From: Bradyrhizobium sp. 4
GTDB lineage: Bacteria > Pseudomonadota > Alphaproteobacteria > Rhizobiales > Xanthobacteraceae
Length of the DNA stretch: 32,000 nt
Assembly (NCBI RefSeq): GCF_023100905.1
Contig: NZ_CP064686.1
Coordinates: forward strand, 6,712,577-6,744,576
Direction of reading: 5' to 3'
A program made the translations under genes and the position numbers. Under the pieces are notes generated by a model. That model had not been told where the DNA came from. It did not search any database and saw only the letters and a program-made list of their open reading frames with translations. Below, one piece after another: positions 17,017-26,325 of this stretch (its first letter is position 1; each line of letters begins with the position of its first letter).

Positions 17017-17616
17017 ATGCTTGCGCCATCAGGCGAATTGCTGCGCGCCGGCGTCGCGCTCAAGCTCAACCATCTCAAGCGCGCCGCCCAGTCCTATGCC
17101 CGTGACCGGAGCAATCAAGCCACGGGGCGCATGACGTCTTACGCGACTGCGGCCGGACTGCTCGCCGTTGCGGGCTTGTTCGTCATCGCAGCCTTCTTTG
17201 TCGGCCTGATCGCCCTGTACCGCTGGGTTGCGATCCATTACGGGCAATTCTGGGGATTCGGCGCCGCCGGCGGTGTCCTCCTGGTCCTCGCCGCCGCCTG
17301 CGCCGGCGTCGCCATGGCTCAGATGAAGCGCAAGACCAAGCCGATCTTGCCGCTCGCCAGCCGCCTACGGGTGGCGATCGCCACCCCGCGCATCCCGCGC
17401 GGAACGGTGAAGCAGGCCGTGAAAGAGGTCGCGACGACAATTCCCCTGGCGCCGCTCGCGGCGGGCGAACGAGGACATGACCGGGGACATGGCGGCAGCA
17501 CGTGGCCGGCTCGGTCCAACCGGCCCGTGCAACTCGGGCTGATGCTCGCGGCCGTTGGGCTGGTCGGGCTGACGGCAGCTCGCCGGCGGCGTCACGGCCA
17601 CGGAGCGGATACCTGA
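17017..17616 (+). CDS. membrane protein of unknown function (holin-like/DUF-type topology)
   Basis: GGAGGA lies 8 nt upstream of the ATG. It has two to three hydrophobic helices (AAGLLAVAGLFVIAAFFVGLIALY, GFGAAGGVLLVLAAACAGVAMA, LGLMLAAVGLVGLTAA) and a basic C-terminal tail. I cannot name a family. Confidence 0.55.
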   Translation: MLAPSGELLRAGVALKLNHLKRAAQSYARDRSNQATGRMTSYATAAGLLAVAGLFVIAAFFVGLIALYRWVAIHYGQFWGFGAAGGVLLVLAAACAGVAMAQMKRKTKPILPLASRLRVAIATPRIPRGTVKQAVKEVATTIPLAPLAAGERGHDRGHGGSTWPARSNRPVQLGLMLAAVGLVGLTAARRRRHGHGADT

Positions 17617-17618
17617 AA

Positions 17619-18749
17619 ATGCCTCTGCGGCGCGCCGAGCAATTCGACAGCTGGCTGTTAGTGGCAGCCACGACCGTGTTCGTGCTCACCGCGGAACGGT
17701 ATTTCCAGGATTCTGGCCTGATCCGGCCGGGACCTCCGCAAGACCACCGCAACGGCGAGGCGAATTCGCCGGAAACGAGCCCGACGGGCGCAGCCTCGCA
17801 GCCCGGCCGCGGCCGCCGTGCGAAAAGCCCGTTCGCGATCCCGTGGGCGGGCTGGAAGGACATCCTCTGGCGCACCTATCAGCGCATCGACGAGGATCGC
17901 CTGCTCGCGACCGCCGGCGGCGTCGTCTTTTTCGGGCTGCTCGCGATCTTTCCCGCCATCACAGCTCTGGTTTCGTTCTATGGCCTGTTCGCCGATCCCT
18001 CGACGATCAGTTCCAACCTGCATTCGCTCGCGATGATGCTGCCCGAGGGCGCGTTCCAGATCGTCGAGGACCAGGTGGCGCGCGTCGTGTCGAACGGCGG
18101 CGCCACCCTTGGTGTCACTTTCCTGTTTGGACTCGTGCTCGCGATCTGGAGCGCCAATGCCGGCGTCAAAGCCATCTTCGACGCCCTCAACGTCGCCTAT
18201 GAGGAGCGTGAAAAGCGCAGCTTCATCCGGCTGAACACGGTTTCGCTGGCCTTCACGGTCGGTGGCATCGTTGCCCTGCTGCTGATGGTGGGCACCGTCG
18301 TCGCCTTCCCGCTTGCGCTCAACCACCTCGGCATGGCGCCCGAGAGCAAGCTGATCGTGGCGCTGGCGCGATGGCCGGTACTGTTCGTCATTCTCCTTGC
18401 GGCGCTAGCCGTTCTCTACCGCTTCGCGCCCAGCCGCGATGCGCCGCGCTGGCAATGGCTGAGCCCTGGCGCGGTAACGGCCGCGATCCTCTGGATCGCA
18501 GGCTCGGCGCTGCTGTCCTGGTATCTCTCGGAATTCGCCAACTACAATGCGACCTACGGCTCGCTCGGCGCTGCGATCGGCTTGATGATGTGGATGTGGA
18601 TGTCAGCCATCGTCATCATGTTCGGGGCCGAACTGAATTCGGAGATCGAACGGCAGACCCTGCGCGACACGACCGCCGGGGCGCCCAAGCCGCTTGGCAC
18701 CCGCGAGGCGGTCTCAGCCGACACGGTCGGCGCTGCGGCGCCATCCTGA
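17619..18749 (+). CDS. YihY/virulence factor BrkB family membrane protein
   Basis: WKDILWRTYQRIDEDRLLATAGGVVFFGLLAIFPAITALVSFYG and six predicted TM helices fit the YihY family. I trimmed the start to the ATG at 17619, 2 nt after the upstream stop. The track's start at 17502 overlaps the previous gene. Confidence 0.8.
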   Translation: MPLRRAEQFDSWLLVAATTVFVLTAERYFQDSGLIRPGPPQDHRNGEANSPETSPTGAASQPGRGRRAKSPFAIPWAGWKDILWRTYQRIDEDRLLATAGGVVFFGLLAIFPAITALVSFYGLFADPSTISSNLHSLAMMLPEGAFQIVEDQVARVVSNGGATLGVTFLFGLVLAIWSANAGVKAIFDALNVAYEEREKRSFIRLNTVSLAFTVGGIVALLLMVGTVVAFPLALNHLGMAPESKLIVALARWPVLFVILLAALAVLYRFAPSRDAPRWQWLSPGAVTAAILWIAGSALLSWYLSEFANYNATYGSLGAAIGLMMWMWMSAIVIMFGAELNSEIERQTLRDTTAGAPKPLGTREAVSADTVGAAAPS

Positions 18750-18891
18750 CTCCGAGATCGGGCCGCTATCCCCTCGAATCAACAATGATGTTAAGCTCAT
18801 GCCGCTTGGGGGAGCATGCGGCGTGACGGGATCGAGACGCCACCCGTGTTTTCCCGGTCAGGCAGTCAGCTCTTGAGGCGTAACGCGCGGC

Positions 18892-20370
18892 ATGATTCGT
18901 ATTTCGACGATCTTCATCGCCATCTGCATGGTTCTGGTCGCCGCCTCGCTTGGGCTCGTGCTCTATGCGGTCGCCGGCATCAGCGGAACCGAATCCGCGA
19001 TCGTGGCGCTGACGGCGCTGACCTTCCTGATCCTCTACAATGCAGTGTCGATGCGACTGCGCGACCGCAGCGACGTCGGCGGCCAGATCGCCGATCTTTC
19101 GCGCGGCACCGCCGATCTCGCCCGTCAGGTCGCCGAGTTCGGCCGCCGGCTCGCCACGATCGAAGCACGCATCGCCTCTTCCAATTCGGCCAACTCCGAC
19201 CGCATCCAGTCGGTGGTCGGCGAGATCAACGAGCTCGGCGGACTGGTCAGGCAACTCGCCACCACCGTGTCGGCCCACGAGGATCTGATGGCCGGCAACG
19301 CGCCGGTGCCGGCCCCCACGCCGGTCGCAAGGCAGGAGCCGGAGGCGCCGCTCGACCTGATGGCCACCCTTGAGGAGGAGCGGCCGGCTGCTCCTCCCCC
19401 GGTTCCCGCGCCGCCGCCGTTGCGGCCGGCAGCACCGGCGATCCAGACCCAGACCGCCAATCCGGTTCAGACCTCCAACGGCCGCAACCAGACCCAATTG
19501 CTGGCGACGCTCCGCAACGCGATCGACGAGAACCGCATCGACATCTTTCTCCAGCCGATGGTGTCGCTACCGCAGCGCAAGGTCCGCTTCTACGAGGCGG
19601 TGACGCGCCTGCGCGACGAGCGTGACCAGCTGGTCGCGGCGGAGGAGTTCATCAGCATCGCGGAGGCCTCCGGCCTGATCGGGCGCATCGACAACATGGT
19701 GATGCTGCGCTGCGTCCAGGTGCTGCGGCGCCTGATGGTACGCAACAAGGAGGTCGGCGTGTTCTGCAACGTCGCGGCTTCCACGCTCGGCAATTCCACG
19801 ACCTTCGCGCAATACCTCGATTTCCTCGAAGCCAACCGGGCGCTGGCGCCGTCGCTGGTGCTGGAATTCAAGCAATCGACCTTCCGCAATCTCGGTCCGG
19901 CCGAGACCGAAAATCTCGCCGCGCTTGCCCAGCGCGGCTTCCGTTTCTCGATCGACCATGTCACCGATTTGCGCATCGAACCGCGCGAGCTCGCCGATCG
20001 CGGCGTGCGCTTCATCAAGGTGCCGGCTTCGCTGCTGCTCGACCCCAGGCAGGCTTCGGCCTCGGACATCCACCCTTCCGACCTTTCCGACCTGCTCGGC
20101 CGCTTCGGCATTGACCTGATCGCCGAGCGGATCGAGGGCGAGCGCGCCGTGATCGACCTGCTCGATTATGACGTGCGGTTCGGCCAGGGGTTCCTGTTCG
20201 CGCCGCCCCGGCCATTGCGGCCGGAGGGGCCATCTGCTACCGCCGCGCCGAACCAGGCACAGGACACTCAGGGATCCAATGGCTCCGGCACACCCAGCTC
20301 AAGCGCAACGTCGGCTGCGTCTGCGCCACAGCGCGTCACCGGCAACGCCGCGCTCGCGCGCCGCATCTGA
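18892..20370 (+). CDS. EAL domain protein with 2 N-terminal TM helices and a coiled-coil/Pro-rich linker (TipF-like architecture)
   Basis: Two TM segments lie at the N-terminus, followed by a heptad-like segment (ADLSRGTADLARQVAEFGRRLATIEARI) and a PAPPP-rich linker. The EAL domain shows QPMVSL...YEAVTRLR...CNVAAS...LVLEFKQ...FSIDHVTD...FIKVPAS...AERIEGE...FGQGFLF. Confidence 0.85.
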   Translation: MIRISTIFIAICMVLVAASLGLVLYAVAGISGTESAIVALTALTFLILYNAVSMRLRDRSDVGGQIADLSRGTADLARQVAEFGRRLATIEARIASSNSANSDRIQSVVGEINELGGLVRQLATTVSAHEDLMAGNAPVPAPTPVARQEPEAPLDLMATLEEERPAAPPPVPAPPPLRPAAPAIQTQTANPVQTSNGRNQTQLLATLRNAIDENRIDIFLQPMVSLPQRKVRFYEAVTRLRDERDQLVAAEEFISIAEASGLIGRIDNMVMLRCVQVLRRLMVRNKEVGVFCNVAASTLGNSTTFAQYLDFLEANRALAPSLVLEFKQSTFRNLGPAETENLAALAQRGFRFSIDHVTDLRIEPRELADRGVRFIKVPASLLLDPRQASASDIHPSDLSDLLGRFGIDLIAERIEGERAVIDLLDYDVRFGQGFLFAPPRPLRPEGPSATAAPNQAQDTQGSNGSGTPSSSATSAASAPQRVTGNAALARRI

Positions 20371-20385
20371 TCGGCCGCACGTATC

Positions 20386-21240
20386 ATGACCACGCTGCAT
20401 TTCGCTGGAAGCCTGCGTGAACTCGTGGCGGGCGTGGATGTCGTGCTCAGCGATATCTGGGGCGTAGTCCATAACGGCCTCGAATCCTTCCCCGAAGCCT
20501 GCGAGGCGCTGCATACCTATCGCAGCCGCGGCGGTACGGTCATCCTGATCACCAACGCGCCGCGCCCGGCCGACTCCGTGCAGCGGCAATTGCGCAAGCT
20601 TGGCGTGGCCGACGAGACCTATGATGCGATCGTGTCTTCAGGCGACCTGACGCGGCTCTATGTCGCCGACCATCCCGGCCGCAAGATGTTCTGGCTCGGC
20701 CCGGAGCGCGACAACTCGATCTACCGCGGCCTCGATGCGGTGATCGCGCCGCTGGAGGAGGCGGATTACATCGTCTGCACCGGTCTCTACGACGACGAGA
20801 CCGAGACGGCAGAAGACTATCGCGGCATGATGCTCAAGGCGCGCGAGCGCAAGCTGACGCTGGTCTGCGCCAACCCCGACATCGTGGTGGAAAAGGGCGA
20901 CCGCCTGATCTATTGCGCCGGTGCGATCGCGGAGCTCTATCGCGAGCTCGGCGGCGAGGTGATCTTCTACGGCAAGCCGCACCGGCCGATTTACGAGCGC
21001 GCGATGGCGCTCGCCGGTGAACGCCAGGGCCACCAGATCGACCGCAAAAAGGTGCTCGCGATCGGCGATTCCGTCCGGACCGACCTCACCGGCGCGCGCG
21101 AGTTCGGCATCGATTGCCTGTTCGTGACCCGCGGCATCCATGCCGAGGAGTTCGAGGGTCTCGACCAACTCGACCCGGCTTCGGTGCTGGAATTGTTCGG
21201 CCATCCGCCGAAGGCGCTGATGCGCGAACTGAAGTGGTAG
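20386..21240 (+). CDS. HAD-superfamily class IIA hydrolase (TIGR01459-like)
   Basis: It has motif I in the context VVLSDIWGVVHNG and LITNAPR. The C-terminal motif is AIGDSVRTDLTGA. Length is 284 aa. Confidence 0.85.
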   Translation: MTTLHFAGSLRELVAGVDVVLSDIWGVVHNGLESFPEACEALHTYRSRGGTVILITNAPRPADSVQRQLRKLGVADETYDAIVSSGDLTRLYVADHPGRKMFWLGPERDNSIYRGLDAVIAPLEEADYIVCTGLYDDETETAEDYRGMMLKARERKLTLVCANPDIVVEKGDRLIYCAGAIAELYRELGGEVIFYGKPHRPIYERAMALAGERQGHQIDRKKVLAIGDSVRTDLTGAREFGIDCLFVTRGIHAEEFEGLDQLDPASVLELFGHPPKALMRELKW

Positions 21241-21306
21241 CGAGTTGATCGTCATTCCCGCTTGATATGGGGCATCGATTCCGGAACGACGAACCCGACG
21301 CAGAAA

Positions 21307-21327
21307 GCCCGGGACAATCGCCCGGGC
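21307..21327. repeat. hairpin gcccggg-acaatcg-cccgggc between convergent genes (related to 1375-1397)
   Basis: It has a 7-bp stem and a 7-nt loop. On the minus strand it is followed by TTTCTG, so it may act as a weak terminator for the cheY-like gene. Confidence 0.4.
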
Positions 21328-21360
21328 CTTCCGAATTCAACCGATGGCTTCGATCGCGCC

Positions 21361-21756
21361 TTACGCGCTTGCCATGTCCGGGAAGACCGCCTCGATCTTG
21401 GTCTTCAGCGTCGCCGCGTTGAACGGCTTGACGATGTAGTTGTTCACGCCGGCCTTCTTGGCCGCGATCACGTTCTCGGTCTTTGATTCAGCCGTGATCA
21501 TGATGAAGGGCGTGGTGGCGAGGTTCGGATCTGCGCGCACTTCGCGCAGCAGGTCGTAACCCGTCATCGGCTCCATGTTCCAGTCGGAAATCACGAGCCC
21601 GTACTTCTTGCCGCGCATCTTGTTCAGCGCTGCCGAACCGTCGCTTGCATCATCGATATTCTCGAAGCCAAGCTGCTTCAGGAGGTTCCTGATGATACGG
21701 ATCATGGTGCTGTAGTCGTCAACCACCAGAACCGACATCGACAAATCAACCGCCAT
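21361..21756 (-). CDS. cheY: single-domain CheY-like chemotaxis response regulator (orphan)
   Basis: The 131-aa product shows VLVVDDYSTMIRIIRNLLKQLGF...LVISDWNMEPMTG...ITAESKTENVIAAKKAGVNNYIVKPF, which is very close to the canonical CheY signature. The ATG at 21756 lies 5 nt after GGGGGAG. There are no other che genes in the window. Confidence 0.85.
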   Translation of the reverse strand: MAVDLSMSVLVVDDYSTMIRIIRNLLKQLGFENIDDASDGSAALNKMRGKKYGLVISDWNMEPMTGYDLLREVRADPNLATTPFIMITAESKTENVIAAKKAGVNNYIVKPFNAATLKTKIEAVFPDMASA

Positions 21757-21850
21757 CTCGACTCCCCCAACGCAAACCCAGGAAATATTTACGATCGGAC
21801 CTGCCGGGCCGGAGCCCCGCGGTTCCACGCCCAAGGACTAGCACCAAGGC

Positions 21851-21868
21851 GTTAAACAGCGCGTTAAC
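21851..21868. promoter_or_regulatory. near-CtrA-box motif in the divergent cheY/ribF region
   Basis: On the plus strand it reads gTTAAacagcgcgTTAAc, which is TTAA-N8-TTAA. On the minus strand it reads ttaacgcgctgtttaac, matching ttaccgcgctgttaac at 12342-12357 except for one substitution and a 1-nt indel. Confidence 0.3.
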
Positions 21869-21985
21869 TGGGAACGCCCCCGGTGGACTGAAATCGCTTT
21901 CGATGCGGCTGCCCCTCCCGCTTGACTTCATCCGGCCCGTCGCGCCACGGTCCCGGCCGGTCCCGCCGGCTTGAGAATTCCCCTG

Positions 21986-22957
21986 ATGGCTCCGCATTTT
22001 ACCGTTATCCGCGACACCACGCCGGACTCTGCCATTGCAAGGGGTGCCGTGGTCGCGATGGGCAATTTCGACGGCGTTCATCTCGGCCATCGCGCCGTGA
22101 TCGCCGCAGCCATGGAAATGGGCAGGATCCATGGCCGCCCGGCGCTGGCATTGACCTTCGAGCCGCATCCGCGCCGGTTTTTCAGCCCCAACACCCCGCA
22201 ATTCCGCCTGACCGACGAGCGGGCCAAGCTGCGGCTTCTGGCCGGCACCGGACTTGACGGCGCCGTGGTCATGACCTTCGACAAGTCCCGCGCCGGGACC
22301 AGCGCGCAAGACTTCATTCACCATGACCTGATCGGGCGCCTGGGCATCGGCGGGATCGCAGTCGGCTACGACTTCCACTTCGGCAAGGGTCGGGTCGGCT
22401 CGCCGAGCCTCCTCGTCAACGAGGCGCCCCGGCTCGGCATCGAGGTCGACGTGCAGCCGCATGTCGATATCGACGAGCGGCCGGTCTCGTCCAGCGCGAT
22501 CCGGATCGCGCTCGCCGAAGGCCAACTCGACGAGGCCACGGCCATGCTCGGCGCGCCCTGGTTCATCACCGGCGAGGTCATCCACGGCGAGAAGCGCGGC
22601 CGCGACCTCGGTTATCCCACCGCGAACATCCGTCTCGATGCCAATTGCGGCCTCAAGCACGGCATCTATGCGGTGCGGGTCGGCCGCGGCGCGGAGCGGC
22701 TGGACGGGGTGGCAAGCTTCGGTCGCCGCCCGACGTTTGATAATGGCGCGCCGCTGCTGGAAATCTTCCTGTTCGACTTCAAGGGCGATCTTTACGGACA
22801 GACGCTCGACTGCGCCTTTATCCGCTTCATCCGCGATGAGCTGAAATTCGACAGCCTGGAGGCCCTGATCCGCCAGATGGACGACGATTCCGCCTGCGCC
22901 CGCGCCATGCTCGCCGCCGCCCCGGACGCGTTTCCGAGGCTTGGCGTCATCGATTGA
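21986..22957 (+). CDS. ribF: bifunctional riboflavin kinase / FAD synthetase
   Basis: It contains GNFDGVHLGHR (nucleotidyltransferase motif) and a C-terminal riboflavin kinase region (GEKRGRDLGYPTANI...FGRRPTF...LEIFLFDF). I chose the ATG at 21986 over the track's TTG at 21971. Confidence 0.92.
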   Translation: MAPHFTVIRDTTPDSAIARGAVVAMGNFDGVHLGHRAVIAAAMEMGRIHGRPALALTFEPHPRRFFSPNTPQFRLTDERAKLRLLAGTGLDGAVVMTFDKSRAGTSAQDFIHHDLIGRLGIGGIAVGYDFHFGKGRVGSPSLLVNEAPRLGIEVDVQPHVDIDERPVSSSAIRIALAEGQLDEATAMLGAPWFITGEVIHGEKRGRDLGYPTANIRLDANCGLKHGIYAVRVGRGAERLDGVASFGRRPTFDNGAPLLEIFLFDFKGDLYGQTLDCAFIRFIRDELKFDSLEALIRQMDDDSACARAMLAAAPDAFPRLGVID

Positions 22958-23159
22958 GGTCGGAAACCGGCCCGCCGAACCTTTTGCGCTTCCCCCGCCC
23001 CCCTGCTATGGAGAGCCCATGTTTGCGCGGCGCATCATAGGGATTAGCGGCCCGGCTTCCGCCTGAGCTTTCGGCTCGGCGCAAGACCGGGATGTTGTCG
23101 TTTCACCCGCGATTCCGCATCGCCATCCGTTCCCGCGCCCTTCCGAGCCAGTCAGCCTC

Positions 23160-26100
23160 ATGTCCGACAAGCCACAAAAGTCCCAAAAATCCGAAGCCAA
23201 AGACTATTCGAAAACCCTGTTCCTGCCGCAGACCGAATTCCCGATGCGCGCCGGCCTGCCGCAGCGCGAGCCGGAGCTGCTGAAATACTGGAACGACATC
23301 GGCCTTTACGACAGACTGCGCCAGGAAGCCCAGGGCCGCGCCAAATTCGTGCTGCATGACGGCCCGCCCTACGCCAATGGCAACATCCATATCGGGCACG
23401 CGCTGAACAAGATCCTCAAGGACGTCGTGACCAAGAGCCAGCAGATGCTCGGCTTCGACTCCAACTATGTGCCCGGCTGGGACTGCCACGGCCTGCCGAT
23501 CGAATGGAAGATCGAGGAAGAGAACTACCGCTCCAAGGGCAAGCAGAAGCCCGACTTCCGCGACTCCGCCGCGATGGTGGCGTTCCGCAAGGAATGTCGC
23601 GCCTATGCGACACACTGGATCAACGTGCAGCGCGAGGAATTCAAGCGCCTCGGCATCATCGGCGACTGGGATCATCCTTATCAGACGATGAGCTATCCCG
23701 CGGAGGCGCAGATCGCCCGCGAGCTGATGAAGTTCGCCGCCAACGGCACGCTGTATCGCGGCTCCAAGCCGGTGATGTGGAGCGTGGTCGAGAAGACCGC
23801 GCTCGCCGAGGCCGAGGTCGAGTACGAGGACTACACCTCCGACATGGTGTGGGTGAAGTTTCCCGTCACGTCCCCGGCACATGGTGCGCTCGCCAATGCT
23901 TCGGTCGTGATCTGGACGACCACGCCCTGGACACTGCCCGGCAACCGCGCGATCTCGTTCTCGCCGAAGATCGCCTACGGCCTCTACAAGGTCACGGATG
24001 CGGCCGCGGACAATTGGGCGAAGACCGGCGATCTCCTGATCCTGGCTGATGCGCTTGCCGCAGAGGTGTTCAAGCAGGCGCGCGTCACGGCCTATGAGAA
24101 GGTGCGCGACATTCCCGGCGACACGCTGGACGCCGTGGAGTGTGCCCATCCCTTGCGCGGCCTCGATGACGGTTACGAGTTTATCGTGCCGCTGCTCGCC
24201 GGCGAGCATGTCACCGACGATACAGGCACTGGTTTCGTGCACACCGCGCCGAGCCACGGCCGCGAGGATTTCGACGTCTGGATGGCCAACACCCGCGAGC
24301 TCGATGAGCGCGGTATCTCGACCGCGATCCCCTACACTGTCGACGAGAACGGCGCCTATACCGCGCAGGCCCCCGGCTTCACCGGCAAGCGCGTGCTCAA
24401 CGACAAGGGCGAGAAGGGCGATGCCAACGAGGCCGTGATCAAGGCGTTGATCGAGGCCGGCAAGCTGCTCGCGCGCGGCCGCCTCAAGCACCAATATCCG
24501 CATTCATGGCGCTCGAAGAAGCCGGTGATCTTCCGCAATACGCCACAATGGTTCATCGCGATGGACAAGGATGTCAGCGAGAATGGCCACGCCAGGAAGG
24601 GCGATACGCTGCGGGCCCGGGCACTGCAGGCGATCTCGGTCACGCAATGGGTGCCGCCGTCGGGCGAGAACCGCATCAACGGCATGATCGCCAATCGTCC
24701 GGACTGGGTGATCTCGCGCCAGCGCGCCTGGGGCGTTCCGATCGCCGTGTTCGTGCGCGAGAAGAGCGACGGCTCGGCCGAGATCCTCCAGGACGAGATC
24801 GTCAATCAGCGCATCGCCGAGGCCTTCATGGAGGAAGGCGCTGACGCCTGGTACATGGAAGGGGCCCGCGAGCGCTTCCTTGGATCGCGCGCGAAGGAAG
24901 ACTGGAAGAAGATCGACGACATCTGCGACGTCTGGTTCGATTCCGGCTCCACACATGCTTTCGTGCTCGAGGATCGCCAGAACTTCCCGCAGCTCGGCAA
25001 CATCGTCCGCAAGGTCGATGGCGGCGACGACACCGTGATGTACCTGGAAGGCAGCGACCAGCATCGCGGCTGGTTTCATTCCTCGCTGCTGGAAAGCGCC
25101 GGCACGCGCGGCCGCGCGCCATATGACATCGTGCTCACCCACGGCTTCACGCTCGACGAGAACGGCCGCAAGATGTCGAAGTCGATCGGCAACACCGTTG
25201 AGCCTCAGAAGGTGATCAAGGATTCGGGCGCGGATATCCTGCGCCTGTGGGTCTGCGCCACCGACTATGCCGACGACCAACGCATCGGCCCGGAGATCCT
25301 GAAGAACACCATCGAGACCTATCGCAAACTGCGCAACACTGTGCGCTGGATGCTGGGAACGCTGGATCACTACAAGCCGGCCGACGCAGTCGCGCCCGCC
25401 GACATGCCTGAGCTCGAACGGCTGATGCTGCACGAGCTCGCGGTCCGTGCTGCCGTCGTCCGCAAGGCCTATCAGGAGTTCGACTACAAGACCGTGGTCG
25501 CGACCTTGTCCGCCTTCCTGAACAGTGAGCTCTCCGCGTTCTATTTCGACATCCGCAAGGACACGCTGTATTGCGATCCGCCTTCCTCGCCGACGCGCAA
25601 GGCGGCGCTGACCACGATCGACCTGTTGTGCAGCTCGATCCTGAAATGGCTGGCGCCGATCCTCAGCTTCACCGCGGAGGAGGCCTGGCGCATGTACAGG
25701 CCTGACGCCGAGCCCTCGGTGCACCTGACGCAGTTTCCCGACGACCTCGAAAGCCTGCGCGACGACAAGCTCGCCGCGAAGTGGGAAGCGATCCGCAACG
25801 TCCGCCGCGTCGTCACCGGTGCGCTGGAGCTCGAACGCGCCGCCAAGAACATCGGCTCGTCGCTGGAGGCCTCGCCGGTGATCTATGTCGCCGACCGCGA
25901 CATGCTGGCGACGCTCTTCGACACCGACCTCGCCGAGATCTGCATCACCTCGAACTACGAGGTGCGCGAGGGCGAGGCGCCAGCGTCTGCGTTCCGACTC
26001 GATACCGTGCCCGGCGTCGCCGTCGTGGTGGAGAAGGCTGTCGGCACCAAATGCGCCCGTTCCTGGAAGATTTCGCCGACGGTGGGTGAAGACCCCGAAT

Positions 26101-26168
26101 ACCCCGACGTCACCCCGCGAGATGCCCAGGCGCTACGCGAATGGAAGGCGCTGGGGGTCAGCATCTAG
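23160..26168 (+). CDS. ileS: isoleucine--tRNA ligase
   Basis: The 1002-aa class I aaRS has the HIGH motif ([14 protein letters not shown]) and KMSKS (RKMSKSIGN), plus a CP1 editing domain. It shows the ribF-ileS-lspA order seen in many bacteria. Confidence 0.97.
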   Translation: MSDKPQKSQKSEAKDYSKTLFLPQTEFPMRAGLPQREPELLKYWNDIGLYDRLRQEAQGRAKFVLHDGPPYANGNIHIGHALNKILKDVVTKSQQMLGFDSNYVPGWDCHGLPIEWKIEEENYRSKGKQKPDFRDSAAMVAFRKECRAYATHWINVQREEFKRLGIIGDWDHPYQTMSYPAEAQIARELMKFAANGTLYRGSKPVMWSVVEKTALAEAEVEYEDYTSDMVWVKFPVTSPAHGALANASVVIWTTTPWTLPGNRAISFSPKIAYGLYKVTDAAADNWAKTGDLLILADALAAEVFKQARVTAYEKVRDIPGDTLDAVECAHPLRGLDDGYEFIVPLLAGEHVTDDTGTGFVHTAPSHGREDFDVWMANTRELDERGISTAIPYTVDENGAYTAQAPGFTGKRVLNDKGEKGDANEAVIKALIEAGKLLARGRLKHQYPHSWRSKKPVIFRNTPQWFIAMDKDVSENGHARKGDTLRARALQAISVTQWVPPSGENRINGMIANRPDWVISRQRAWGVPIAVFVREKSDGSAEILQDEIVNQRIAEAFMEEGADAWYMEGARERFLGSRAKEDWKKIDDICDVWFDSGSTHAFVLEDRQNFPQLGNIVRKVDGGDDTVMYLEGSDQHRGWFHSSLLESAGTRGRAPYDIVLTHGFTLDENGRKMSKSIGNTVEPQKVIKDSGADILRLWVCATDYADDQRIGPEILKNTIETYRKLRNTVRWMLGTLDHYKPADAVAPADMPELERLMLHELAVRAAVVRKAYQEFDYKTVVATLSAFLNSELSAFYFDIRKDTLYCDPPSSPTRKAALTTIDLLCSSILKWLAPILSFTAEEAWRMYRPDAEPSVHLTQFPDDLESLRDDKLAAKWEAIRNVRRVVTGALELERAAKNIGSSLEASPVIYVADRDMLATLFDTDLAEICITSNYEVREGEAPASAFRLDTVPGVAVVVEKAVGTKCARSWKISPTVGEDPEYPDVTPRDAQALREWKALGVSI

Positions 26169-26176
26169 GTCTCACC

Positions 26177-26298
26177 GTCGTCCTGGCGAAAGCCAGGACC
26201 CATTATCACCGCCGCCAATTGCGACGAAGGCTGATGACCACAAGTCTTTCAAACAACGACCGCCTCGGCGTATGGGTCCTGGCTTTCGCCAGGACGAC
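26177..26298. repeat. MITE/REP-like element, copy B, inserted between ileS and lspA
   Basis: The terminal inverted repeats are a perfect 27 bp: gtcgtcctggcgaaagccaggacccat (26177-26203) and atgggtcctggctttcgccaggacgac (26272-26298). Each arm is itself a hairpin (gtcctggc-gaaa-gccaggac). The core is 68 nt. Confidence 0.7.
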
Positions 26299-26325
26299 GA
26301 CGGAGCGTGTTGTGGCCGACTGCCC

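Noticed and set aside
17502-17618. Upstream extension of the YihY/BrkB ORF
   Set aside because: It overlaps the preceding membrane-protein gene by 115 nt in another frame. The ATG at 17619, directly after that gene's stop, is the more parsimonious start.
22958-23159. Possible T-box, leader-peptide or attenuator element in the roughly 200-nt ileS leader
   Set aside because: It has no T-box-like specifier or antiterminator architecture and no Ile-rich small ORF. The ORF at 23092-23283 is out of frame and not Ile-rich. Only one modest 8-bp bulged hairpin is visible, which is insufficient evidence.
23103-25724. 466-aa and 406-aa minus-strand ORFs (23103-24503 and 24504-25724)
   Set aside because: Both are antisense to ileS, whose HIGH and KMSKS motifs and full length are unambiguous. 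Their composition is low-complexity and Arg/Ala/Gly-rich.
25885-26325. N-terminal 147 aa of the track ORF 25885-26820
   Set aside because: It overlaps the ileS 3' end in another frame and reads through the MITE-like element. LspA homology begins at the ATG at 26326.
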